Assembly: GCA_021797465.1 (NCBI GenBank)
Contig: JAJZZR010000254.1
Span: 1-51,468, forward strand
Source of the DNA: Pseudomonadota bacterium
GTDB taxonomy: Bacteria > Pseudomonadota > Gammaproteobacteria > Steroidobacterales > Steroidobacteraceae
Direction: 5' to 3'
DNA: 51,468 bases
Shown: in pieces, positions 8,312 through 16,061 of the stretch
Position numbering within the stretch: the stretch's first letter is position 1
How the letters are laid out: every line of letters begins with the position of its first letter
Program-made: the position numbers and the translations under genes
Notes under the pieces: model-generated
What the model saw: only the letters and a program-made list of their open reading frames with translations
Databases searched by the model: none
Told to the model about the DNA's origin: nothing

Positions 8312-9547
8312 ATGTCAATGAACGATGCTGAAAATCTGTCCAAGCTGCTCGGCCACCTGCCGCCGGACGTCTTCCGTGACTTCATGGTGGGGGAATTCAG
8401 TCTGGCCATGCCGGAACTGGACAAAAAACAGGGCAAGCAGGAGCAGCGCGCTGTCATGGAGCCGGTGCTGTCGGCCCTGGGAGTGAGCGAGCGCCAGAAG
8501 ATCGAGGAAGTGGCCGAGCGCATCGTGCTGCTGTCGGACGGCGCCGGACAGGACGTCATCGAAGGCATCAGCCAGGACATCTTCGGCGACGATGAAAAGG
8601 CGGCGTTTGCCGCCATCCCGAATCAATATGAACGCGCGCTGTGGCTTCACCTTCATGAGCCCGCGCTTTTCGAAGAGGCATTGAACGCTCGCCAGGCCGA
8701 CGTGTTCCGCCAGAGCGCGTCGTGCTATTCCGGCTACGTCGCGCCCAAGGACCTCACGGTATTAGACGACGCGGCAGCTCGGCAGGCGTTCCACCAGGCC
8801 GTCGCTCAGCACCTTGGTTGCGCGGCGGACACTGTCGCCGTCCAGGTCTTCAAGCGGCTGCGCCCCGACACACTCACCGGCGAAGACGTCGACCTTTACC
8901 AGGTCAGCGTGCATCACAACCGACCGCCGGAGATCATCGATCGCGTCCAGGCCAGCGAACTCGTGCCGCAAGAGGTGATCCGTGCGGTCTCCTCTCACAT
9001 CACGTATGAGCCAGCCAACGGCCATCTGGAGGTCTTGTCCAAAGACACCGACGGCCGCGAGGCACTGGCACGCATCGTGGCGGATTCGCTGCTGCAGTCG
9101 CCCATCACCGGCGACAAGATTCCGCTGAAGCAGTATGACTACCAGAGCCTGGCTGCGCCCCGCGCCTTCGATCTGTCCGGCGAGGACGTGGCATCGGTCA
9201 AAGTGATCGAACTCGGCTATACCTTGGCCAACCACCGGTCCTTGCTGGTGAAGATCTGGGCCAAGGATGTCGAGGACATCTACACCGCCGCGCGATCACT
9301 GCTCTCTCTGTCGTTCGACTTTCGCAACCACCACATCAACTACGCGAAACTGTCGATCCGCATCAAGAAGGTCGGCAAGGAGCGTGCGCGCACGATCGCC
9401 GTGATCCTACGCGACGACAACAAGTGCAACATCAAGACCAAGCGGGAAAAAGACCGGGCGCTGTGCGACCGCTTGCTGGCCAAGTGGCAGTTGGTGAAGG
9501 AGATCAGTGATGTCGCAGAAGAGCCTGTCGACGAGATCGCTGCTTGA
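8312..9547 (+). CDS. Hypothetical protein A (411 aa), family not recognised
   Basis: ATG at 8312/8318 after GAAGGGGG. Uninterrupted ORF with coding-like composition. No motif recognised by eye. Confidence 0.75.
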   Translation: MSMNDAENLSKLLGHLPPDVFRDFMVGEFSLAMPELDKKQGKQEQRAVMEPVLSALGVSERQKIEEVAERIVLLSDGAGQDVIEGISQDIFGDDEKAAFAAIPNQYERALWLHLHEPALFEEALNARQADVFRQSASCYSGYVAPKDLTVLDDAAARQAFHQAVAQHLGCAADTVAVQVFKRLRPDTLTGEDVDLYQVSVHHNRPPEIIDRVQASELVPQEVIRAVSSHITYEPANGHLEVLSKDTDGREALARIVADSLLQSPITGDKIPLKQYDYQSLAAPRAFDLSGEDVASVKVIELGYTLANHRSLLVKIWAKDVEDIYTAARSLLSLSFDFRNHHINYAKLSIRIKKVGKERARTIAVILRDDNKCNIKTKREKDRALCDRLLAKWQLVKEISDVAEEPVDEIAA

Positions 9548-10514
9548 TCTGATCGATCTCTTCGAACGATCGAGCCACGCCGTTGCCGATGGCGACGGCC
9601 AGCGCCTGCGTGGCGTGCCCGGGTGGGATTTGTCGCTCCGAGCGGCGTTGGGCGACCGTAGTCTCGCGGCATGGACCGAACGTATTGGTTATGCGGGGTG
9701 CTATCCGGCGCCCAGAGGTGACGAACGCGTGCCGGTTGAGATCGAGGAAGACGATGACCCGGGACGCTATCGCTACCGGTGCCCCGAAACCTTTCGCACC
9801 AAATTCGTATCTGCCGATCTCGTGGCGGTTCATGCCGTCACCGACGCCAAGCTGCTGAACTACCTGGCGGACCTGCTCGGGATTCCACAGGCACATCGAC
9901 GCGGCATCACGGCGCCCGCCATCAGTGGCGTACTGTGGCATCTCGGCAAGATGCGCATAGCCGACGCTCAGGTCGATGTCTGGCTGGCGCGAGGCCTTTC
10001 TTCATCCATCGATCGGGTCTTCGAGCATTTCCGTGCGCCTTCGCTGCCCGATCAGGGATTGATCTTCACCACCGGCCAGGCCCTGCCCGACATCGTGCCG
10101 CCACCCTGTAGCTACCGCATCGTTCCGATCACCAGCGTGCTGGTGGACTACGCGGTCAAGCCGAGCTTCGACATCGATCTGATCCACCGGCTGTTGCTGG
10201 CCCCATCGGGCAGCAAGGTGGAGAAGTCTCTTCCGGTGCGCTTCGACCCGTATTCGAACACACTGGTCATCGCCACCAAGTCCAGCCAGCCATGGGCCAT
10301 CAAGGGCCCGAAGCAGGTAGCCGTGGTGAAATATCTGGTCGAACAGTTCGAGAAGGGACGTCATCGAGTTTCTGCAGGAGACATTCTGGTCGCGGCTCAC
10401 GGCTCAAGGGAGGCTGCGCGAGGCAAGCGGGTCCCGAGCATCTTCAGCAGTAACAACCAATGGCTTGATTACATCGAGCATGACGATGCTGGGTATGGCA
10501 TCAAATTGGAATGA
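9510..10514 (+). CDS. Hypothetical protein B (334 aa), family not recognised
   Basis: ATG at 9510 with AAGGAG 7 nt upstream. Overlaps the end of protein A by 38 nt (translational coupling). Confidence 0.7.
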   Translation: MSQKSLSTRSLLDLIDLFERSSHAVADGDGQRLRGVPGWDLSLRAALGDRSLAAWTERIGYAGCYPAPRGDERVPVEIEEDDDPGRYRYRCPETFRTKFVSADLVAVHAVTDAKLLNYLADLLGIPQAHRRGITAPAISGVLWHLGKMRIADAQVDVWLARGLSSSIDRVFEHFRAPSLPDQGLIFTTGQALPDIVPPPCSYRIVPITSVLVDYAVKPSFDIDLIHRLLLAPSGSKVEKSLPVRFDPYSNTLVIATKSSQPWAIKGPKQVAVVKYLVEQFEKGRHRVSAGDILVAAHGSREAARGKRVPSIFSSNNQWLDYIEHDDAGYGIKLE

Positions 10515-10542
10515 GCCAGAACTGATATCCACGAACACACAC

Positions 10543-10566
10543 AACCGCCTTCGGGCGGTTTTTTGC
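10543..10566 (+). terminator. Rho-independent terminator after the A/B pair
   Basis: AACCGCC, loop TTCG, GGCGGTT followed by TTTTTGC. Confidence 0.85.
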
Positions 10567-10599
10567 TTTCTGGGTCCCGCTTTTTCCTGTTCTTGCTGA

Positions 10600-10702
10600 G
10601 CCCGTACATCAGCCCGTACATAGCGGTGGCTGACGCCCGTACATGCCGAATTTGAAGATGACCTCACGTTTTCGCAATCACCTGAAAGGAGAAAAACGTG
10701 AG
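10600..10702 (+). promoter_or_regulatory. Early-operon control region: three direct repeats plus a start-codon-sequestering hairpin
   Basis: GCCCGTACAT at 10600-10609, 10612-10621 and 10635-10644. A 10-bp stem CTCACGTTTT (10663-10672) / AAAACGTGAG (10693-10702) encloses the AAGGAG SD in its loop and pairs the GTG start. Confidence 0.5.
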
Positions 10703-10910
10703 TGTCAAACACCTCAACCAACGCCAACTGGCCGACCGTTGGGACGTCAGCGAAGCCACGCTGGAACGCTGGCGGTCCGAAGGAATCGGTCCGGTCTTTT
10801 TGAAACTGCAAGGGCGTGTCCTGTACCGCCTCGAGGACGTCGAAACCTTCGAGTCCGAGAGCCTGCGCAAGAGCACGTCCGAGCGCGTCGAAGCGGGAGG
10901 TGCAGCATGA
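10698..10910 (+). CDS. Excisionase/MerR-like HTH (HTH_17-type) DNA-binding protein
   Basis: LNQRQLADRWDVSEATLERWRSEGIGPVFLKLQGRVLYRLEDVETFE. Confidence 0.8.
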   Translation: MSVKHLNQRQLADRWDVSEATLERWRSEGIGPVFLKLQGRVLYRLEDVETFESESLRKSTSERVEAGGAA

Positions 10911-11377
10911 ACCACCTCACCCCCGATCAAGTGCTGGCCACGCCAGCGGGTGAACTCGCCCAGCGATCCAGCGAATCGCTTTTCCAGCTGAAGAACGATG
11001 CGGCCGATCTGCTGGCCGCTGCGAAGGCCATCGTCGAGCACGTCGATCGCACCCTGGATCTCAAGTACGCCCAACGCGCCCACGAACTGCGCCTGGCGGC
11101 GGGCAAAGACACCGGCGTCGTGCACTTCGACGACGGCCATGTCCGGATCACTGCCGACCTGCCCAAGAAGATCGAGTGGGACCAGGCAAAGCTCACCGAC
11201 ATCACTCGCCGCATCGCGGCCAACGGCGAAGACCCCGCCGAGTACGTCGAGATCAGCTACCGCGTCTCCGAGACCAAGTTCAACGCCTGGCCCGAGACGC
11301 TCAAGAGCGCGTTCGCCCCGGCGCGAACGCTCAAGACCGGCAAGCCCGGGTTCCGCCTTGCACTGATTCAGGAGTGA
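10907..11377 (+). CDS. Hypothetical phage early protein (156 aa)
   Basis: ATGA overlap with the preceding gene; uninterrupted ORF. Confidence 0.65.
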   Translation: MNHLTPDQVLATPAGELAQRSSESLFQLKNDAADLLAAAKAIVEHVDRTLDLKYAQRAHELRLAAGKDTGVVHFDDGHVRITADLPKKIEWDQAKLTDITRRIAANGEDPAEYVEISYRVSETKFNAWPETLKSAFAPARTLKTGKPGFRLALIQE

Positions 11378-11382
11378 TCGCC

Positions 11383-11694
11383 ATGAAAACCAAACCTACG
11401 CTGCTCGATCTGCTGCGCAAGCAGCCCGAGATGTACCTGCGGGATCTGCCGGAGACGATTCGCATCCCAGCCCTGGACGGCAGCCGTCCGGATGAAGTCG
11501 TCCGCCGCCTGGAGGAAGCCACCATCGACGAGCTGGCCTGTGCCATCCAGGGACTCGAGGTCGAATCGCGAAGTGTCATCCGCCGCCTGAACGGATTGCG
11601 CGACCTGCACGACTTGGCACGCAAGCGCGGGGCACACGGCGTCACCACCGTGGCCGAGTCCTTCGTGGAACTCGCCAGCGGAGAGACGAAATGA
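11383..11694 (+). CDS. Hypothetical phage early protein (103 aa)
   Basis: AGGAG 8 nt upstream of the ATG at 11383. Confidence 0.6.
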   Translation: MKTKPTLLDLLRKQPEMYLRDLPETIRIPALDGSRPDEVVRRLEEATIDELACAIQGLEVESRSVIRRLNGLRDLHDLARKRGAHGVTTVAESFVELASGETK

Positions 11695-12590
11695 GCCTCC
11701 CGATCATCACCGCAGACCAGCGTCTTTCTGAGCGCCGTGGCGTCAAAGGTGTGCTCGTCGGCAAGAGCGGCATCGGCAAGACCTCGCAACTTTGGACCTT
11801 GAAGCCCACGGCAACGCTGTTCTTCGACCTCGAGGCTGGCGATCTCGCCGTCGAAGGCTGGGCGGGCGACACGATCCGCCCCCGGACATGGCAGGAGTGC
11901 CGCGACTTCGCCGTCTTCATCGGCGGCCCGAACCCGGCACTGCGCGAGGACCAGCCCTACAGCCAGGCGCACTTCGACGCGGTCTGCGCGCGCTTTGGCG
12001 ACCCGTCGGTTCTGGACAAGTACGAGACAGTCTTCGTCGACTCGATCACCGTGGCCGGACGCTTGTGCCTGCAGTGGTGCAAGGGCCAGCCACAGGCCTA
12101 CTCGGAGAAGACCGGCAAGCCCGATAGCCGTGGCGCCTACGGTTTGATGGGCCAGGAAATGATCGGCTGGCTCACGCACTTGCAGCACACGCGCTGCAAG
12201 AACGTGTGGTTCGTCGGCATCCTCAACGAGGCTCTGGACGACTTCAACCGCCGGGTGTTCTCGCTGCAGATCGACGGCTCCAAGACCGGGCTCGAACTAC
12301 CCGGGATCGTCGACGAGGTCGTGACCCTCGCCGAGCTCAAGGCCGACGACGGCAGCGGCTACCGGGCGTTCGTCTGCCACACGCTGAACCCATGGAACTA
12401 CCCGGCCAAGGACCGTTCCGGTCGGCTCGACGCCATCGAGGAGCCCCATCTCGGCCGCCTGATGGAAAAGATCGCCGGCCCCGCCAAGCCCGCCACCGAG
12501 CGACTCGATTTCGCTCGCCCCAATCCAGCGTCTGCCTCTACTTCTGATTCAGCCGCCGCCCCCGAACCCACTTCGACTCAGGAGTCCTGA
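11691..12590 (+). CDS. AAA_24 / Sak4-like P-loop ATPase
   Basis: Walker A GKSGIGKTS and Walker B-like VFVDSIT. Sits in the usual order ATPase, DUF669-like, helicase. Confidence 0.85.
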   Translation: MSLPIITADQRLSERRGVKGVLVGKSGIGKTSQLWTLKPTATLFFDLEAGDLAVEGWAGDTIRPRTWQECRDFAVFIGGPNPALREDQPYSQAHFDAVCARFGDPSVLDKYETVFVDSITVAGRLCLQWCKGQPQAYSEKTGKPDSRGAYGLMGQEMIGWLTHLQHTRCKNVWFVGILNEALDDFNRRVFSLQIDGSKTGLELPGIVDEVVTLAELKADDGSGYRAFVCHTLNPWNYPAKDRSGRLDAIEEPHLGRLMEKIAGPAKPATERLDFARPNPASASTSDSAAAPEPTSTQES

Positions 12591-12592
12591 TC

Positions 12593-13198
12593 ATGACCTA
12601 TTTCGACTTCAATTCCGCTTCCGAACAGACGTCTTTCGATCTGATCCCGAAAGGCACCTTGGTCCGCGTTCGCATGACCATCCGGCCGGGCGGCTTCGAT
12701 GACGCATCCCAAGGTTGGACTGGCGGCTACGCCACACGCAACGACAACACCGGTTCGGCCTACCTGAACTGCGAGTTCGTCGTGATGGACGGCGAGTTCG
12801 CCCGCCGCAAGATGTGGTCGCTCATCGGCCTGCACAGCCCCAAGGGGCCGGAATGGGCCAACATGGGCCGCACCTTCGTCAAGGCGATCCTCAATTCGGC
12901 GCGTGGGGTGCACCCCGGCGACAACAGTCCTGCTGCACAGAACGCGCGCCGCATCGGCGGATTCGCCGATCTGGATGGCATCGAATTCCTGGGCAAGGTC
13001 GACTGGGAGAAGGACCAGAACGGCCAGGACAAGAGCGTCATCAAGGCCGCCATCACGCCGGACCACAAGGACTACGCCGCGCTGATGGGCGGTGCGCGCC
13101 AACCGGCACCTTCGGCCCCCGCTGCCAGCGCCCCCAACGCCTATGCGCAGGCCACCGGCCGGGCACCCGTTCCGGGCCGCCCCAGCTGGGCGCAGTGA
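12593..13198 (+). CDS. DUF669-like phage protein (putative ssDNA-binding)
   Basis: Position after the AAA_24 ATPase; N-terminal FDLIPKGTLVRVRM...; Pro/Ala-rich tail. Confidence 0.7.
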   Translation: MTYFDFNSASEQTSFDLIPKGTLVRVRMTIRPGGFDDASQGWTGGYATRNDNTGSAYLNCEFVVMDGEFARRKMWSLIGLHSPKGPEWANMGRTFVKAILNSARGVHPGDNSPAAQNARRIGGFADLDGIEFLGKVDWEKDQNGQDKSVIKAAITPDHKDYAALMGGARQPAPSAPAASAPNAYAQATGRAPVPGRPSWAQ

Positions 13199-13213
13199 CG
13201 GAGGGCCACGCTC

Positions 13214-14887
13214 ATGATGCTTCGTCCCCGCCAATCCCTCTTGGTCGAACGCACGCTTGCGGCGCTCGACGAGCACGGGAACACGCTGGCTGTCGCACCG
13301 ACCGGGTCGGGCAAGACCATCATGCTGTCGGCGGTCACCGGCAGGATGTTGGCCGAGCCCGATGCGAAGGCCTGCATCCTTGCCCACCGCACCGAACTGA
13401 TCGGTCAGAACCGAGACAAGTTCTCGCGCGTGAATCCCGGCATGAGCACGTCCGTGTTCGATGCCAACGAGAAGTCCTGGCACGGCCAAGCGACGTTCGC
13501 GATGGTGCAGACCCTGTCGCGTCAGGCCCATCTCGACCAGATGCCTACCCTGGATCTGCTCGTGATCGACGAGGCGCATCACGCTTCCTCACCGACCTAC
13601 CGGGCCGTCATCGACAAGGTGCTGGCCCGCAATCCTCGGGCGGGCATCTGCGGCCTGACCGCCACCCCGAATCGCGGCGACGGCAAGGGGCTGCGCGAGG
13701 TATTTTCCAACGTCGCCGACCAGATCACGCTGGGCGAGATGATCGCCGCCGGGCACCTTGTCGCGCCGCGCACCTTCGTGATCGACGTCGGCGTCCAGGA
13801 CGCACTGCGCAATGTCCGCCGCACCGCGATGGACTTCGACATGGACGAGGTCGCGTCCATTCTCGACAAGCGGCTGATCACCGAGGCGGTGATCAAGCAC
13901 TGGAAGGCGAATGCGTCGTCGCGCAAGACGATCGTCTTCTGCTCGACGGTCGCCCATGCACAAAACGTCTGCGATGCCTTTGTCGAATCGGGCGTACACG
14001 CCGTGCTGATCCACGGCGAGTTGTCCGATGGCGAGCGCAAAGCTCGCTTGGCCGAGTATGAAACCGGGCGGACCCAGGTGATCGTCAATGTCGCGGTGCT
14101 GACCGAGGGCTATGACTACACGCCGACCAGCTGCGTCGTTCTGCTTCGCCCCAGTTCCTACAAGTCCACCTTCATCCAGATGATCGGCCGTGGTCTGCGC
14201 ACCGTGGCCCCAGAGGAGTTCCCTGGCGTCATCAAGACCGAGTGCATCGTGCTGGACTTCGGCACGGCCAGCTTGATGCACGGATCGATCAAACAGGAAA
14301 TCAACCTCGACGGGCATCAGGGCGACGGTGATGCGCCGACCAAGGACTGCCCGGAGTGCGGTGCCATCGTTCCGCTGGCCTGCATGGAGTGCCCTCTGTG
14401 CGGCCACGTATGGGAGCGCGAGCCGCAGGAGCTTGGCGTGCTGGCGGACTTCGTCATGAGCGAGATCGATCTGCTCAAGCGCTCCAACTTCCGCTGGTGC
14501 GACCTGTTCGGGCATGACGACGCGCTGATGGCCACGGGTTTCAGCGCGTGGGGCGGCATCTTCTTTCTCAATGGCCGCTGGCACGCCGTCGGCGGCGGGA
14601 AGGACTTGAGACCGCACCTGCTGGCAGTCGGCGAGCGCACGGTGTGCATGGCCAAGGCTGATGACTGGCTCAACGACCATGAGTCCGCCGACTCCGCCCA
14701 CAAGACCCGACGCTGGCTGAACGAGCCGCCGACCGAGAAGCAACTGCGCTACCTCCCCGAACAGATGCGTGCGGACTTCGGGATGACCCGCTATCAGGCA
14801 TCGGCCCTGTTGGCGTTCCAGTTCAACAAGTCGTCGATTCAGCGGCTGGTGGTCGCGGCCAACGACAGCCATCGGGAGGCTGCGTGA
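13214..14887 (+). CDS. SF2 DEAD/DEAH-box helicase with C-terminal zinc ribbon
   Basis: APTGSGKT, VIDEAHH, TATP, and CPECG...CMECPLCG. Confidence 0.9.
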   Translation: MMLRPRQSLLVERTLAALDEHGNTLAVAPTGSGKTIMLSAVTGRMLAEPDAKACILAHRTELIGQNRDKFSRVNPGMSTSVFDANEKSWHGQATFAMVQTLSRQAHLDQMPTLDLLVIDEAHHASSPTYRAVIDKVLARNPRAGICGLTATPNRGDGKGLREVFSNVADQITLGEMIAAGHLVAPRTFVIDVGVQDALRNVRRTAMDFDMDEVASILDKRLITEAVIKHWKANASSRKTIVFCSTVAHAQNVCDAFVESGVHAVLIHGELSDGERKARLAEYETGRTQVIVNVAVLTEGYDYTPTSCVVLLRPSSYKSTFIQMIGRGLRTVAPEEFPGVIKTECIVLDFGTASLMHGSIKQEINLDGHQGDGDAPTKDCPECGAIVPLACMECPLCGHVWEREPQELGVLADFVMSEIDLLKRSNFRWCDLFGHDDALMATGFSAWGGIFFLNGRWHAVGGGKDLRPHLLAVGERTVCMAKADDWLNDHESADSAHKTRRWLNEPPTEKQLRYLPEQMRADFGMTRYQASALLAFQFNKSSIQRLVVAANDSHREAA

Positions 14888-15306
14888 AATGCGCGATCTG
14901 CTATCGCAAAGCCAAGGGGTATGGCTGGTCCAACCCTCGGTTCAAACCGGGCGACCCACAACGCTACTCGAGCGAGTGGGTGTTCTGTTCTCGCCGTTGT
15001 CAGGACGCGTTCTGCAAGCTGATGAACAAGACGGAGGCACGCATGATCGACCCGAGTGACATGGAGCTGGCGGCCATGCGGGCGTGCCTGTCGCCGTTGG
15101 GTGAGTACGTCGGTTCCATCGGCATGGAGCGGCCCTTGGCGGACTACACCCGGGATGAAGTGCTGACCCTGATCGATGTCGTCGTCACCGCCTATCAGGA
15201 CCAGATGATCGAAGAGCACGAGTGCATGGCCGCCAAGGATCGTGCCTTCCTGGAGGAGCGCCTGGCCCGTCAAGGGCAAGCCGCTCCGAAGGGGGTGCCG
15301 TTCTGA
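14884..15306 (+). CDS. Zinc-ribbon phage protein (140 aa)
   Basis: CAICYRK...FCSRRCQ. GTGA overlap with the helicase stop. Confidence 0.65.
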   Translation: MKCAICYRKAKGYGWSNPRFKPGDPQRYSSEWVFCSRRCQDAFCKLMNKTEARMIDPSDMELAAMRACLSPLGEYVGSIGMERPLADYTRDEVLTLIDVVVTAYQDQMIEEHECMAAKDRAFLEERLARQGQAAPKGVPF

Positions 15307-16061
15307 TGCTCGACTTTAACTCCCGCCCCAAAATTCACGAACAGATCGGCGCTCTCATCGACGCCGCCCTCGCCGGCGATCGTGATGGACAGGCTCCGCG
15401 TACGTACCTCGGCGCATCAAGGCTGGGCGTTGCCTGCGAGCGCGCGCTGCAATACGAGTATCTGCAAACACCAGCCGATCCTGGTCGAGACATTCCCGGT
15501 CGCGTGCTGCGCGTCTTCGAGGTGGGACACGCCCTCGAAGATCTGGCCATCCGTTGGCTGCGCATGGCCGGATTCGATCTGTACACCCAAAAGGCCAGCG
15601 GCGGTCAGTTCGGCTTTTCCGTCGCGGGCGGCCGCATCCAGGGGCACGTCGACGGCGTGCTGAATGGCGGCCCCACAGAGCTTGGGATGAGCTATCCCAC
15701 CCTGTGGGAGTGCAAGACCATGAATGACAAGTCCTGGCGGGACACGGTCAAGCACGGTGTCAGCAAATCCAAGCCGGTCCATGCCGCGCAGATGGCCGTC
15801 TATCAGGCCTACATGGAGGCGAGCATCCCGGGCATTTCGGCAAACCCTGCGTTGTTCACCGCCATCAACAAGGATTCCGAGGAGATCTGGTTCGAGCAGG
15901 TAGCCTTCGACGGAAGCCTGGCGCAGCGGATGTCCGATCGCGCGGTTCGGGTCATCACGGCGACGGACAGCCAAGAGTTGTTGCCGCGCCATGCCACCAC
16001 GCCAACGCATGTCGAGTGCAAGTTCTGCCCCTGGCAGGACCGCTGCTGGGGTTCGACATGA
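15306..16061 (+). CDS. Cas4/RecB-like PD-(D/E)XK exonuclease
   Basis: HVDGV, LWECKT (ExK), QMAVYQAY (QxxxY), and Cys residues at both ends (VACERA; CKFCPWQDRC). Confidence 0.78.
   Translation: MLDFNSRPKIHEQIGALIDAALAGDRDGQAPRTYLGASRLGVACERALQYEYLQTPADPGRDIPGRVLRVFEVGHALEDLAIRWLRMAGFDLYTQKASGGQFGFSVAGGRIQGHVDGVLNGGPTELGMSYPTLWECKTMNDKSWRDTVKHGVSKSKPVHAAQMAVYQAYMEASIPGISANPALFTAINKDSEEIWFEQVAFDGSLAQRMSDRAVRVITATDSQELLPRHATTPTHVECKFCPWQDRCWGST

Noticed and set aside
8625-8650. ATGAACGCGCGCTGTGGCTTC inside gene A, resembling the core of the repeated cassette
   Set aside because: It is on the opposite strand relative to the cassette orientation. It lacks the AGCCAAGC and GTTGAT elements, and it lies in a well-supported coding frame (NQYERALWLHL). 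Judged to be a chance similarity.
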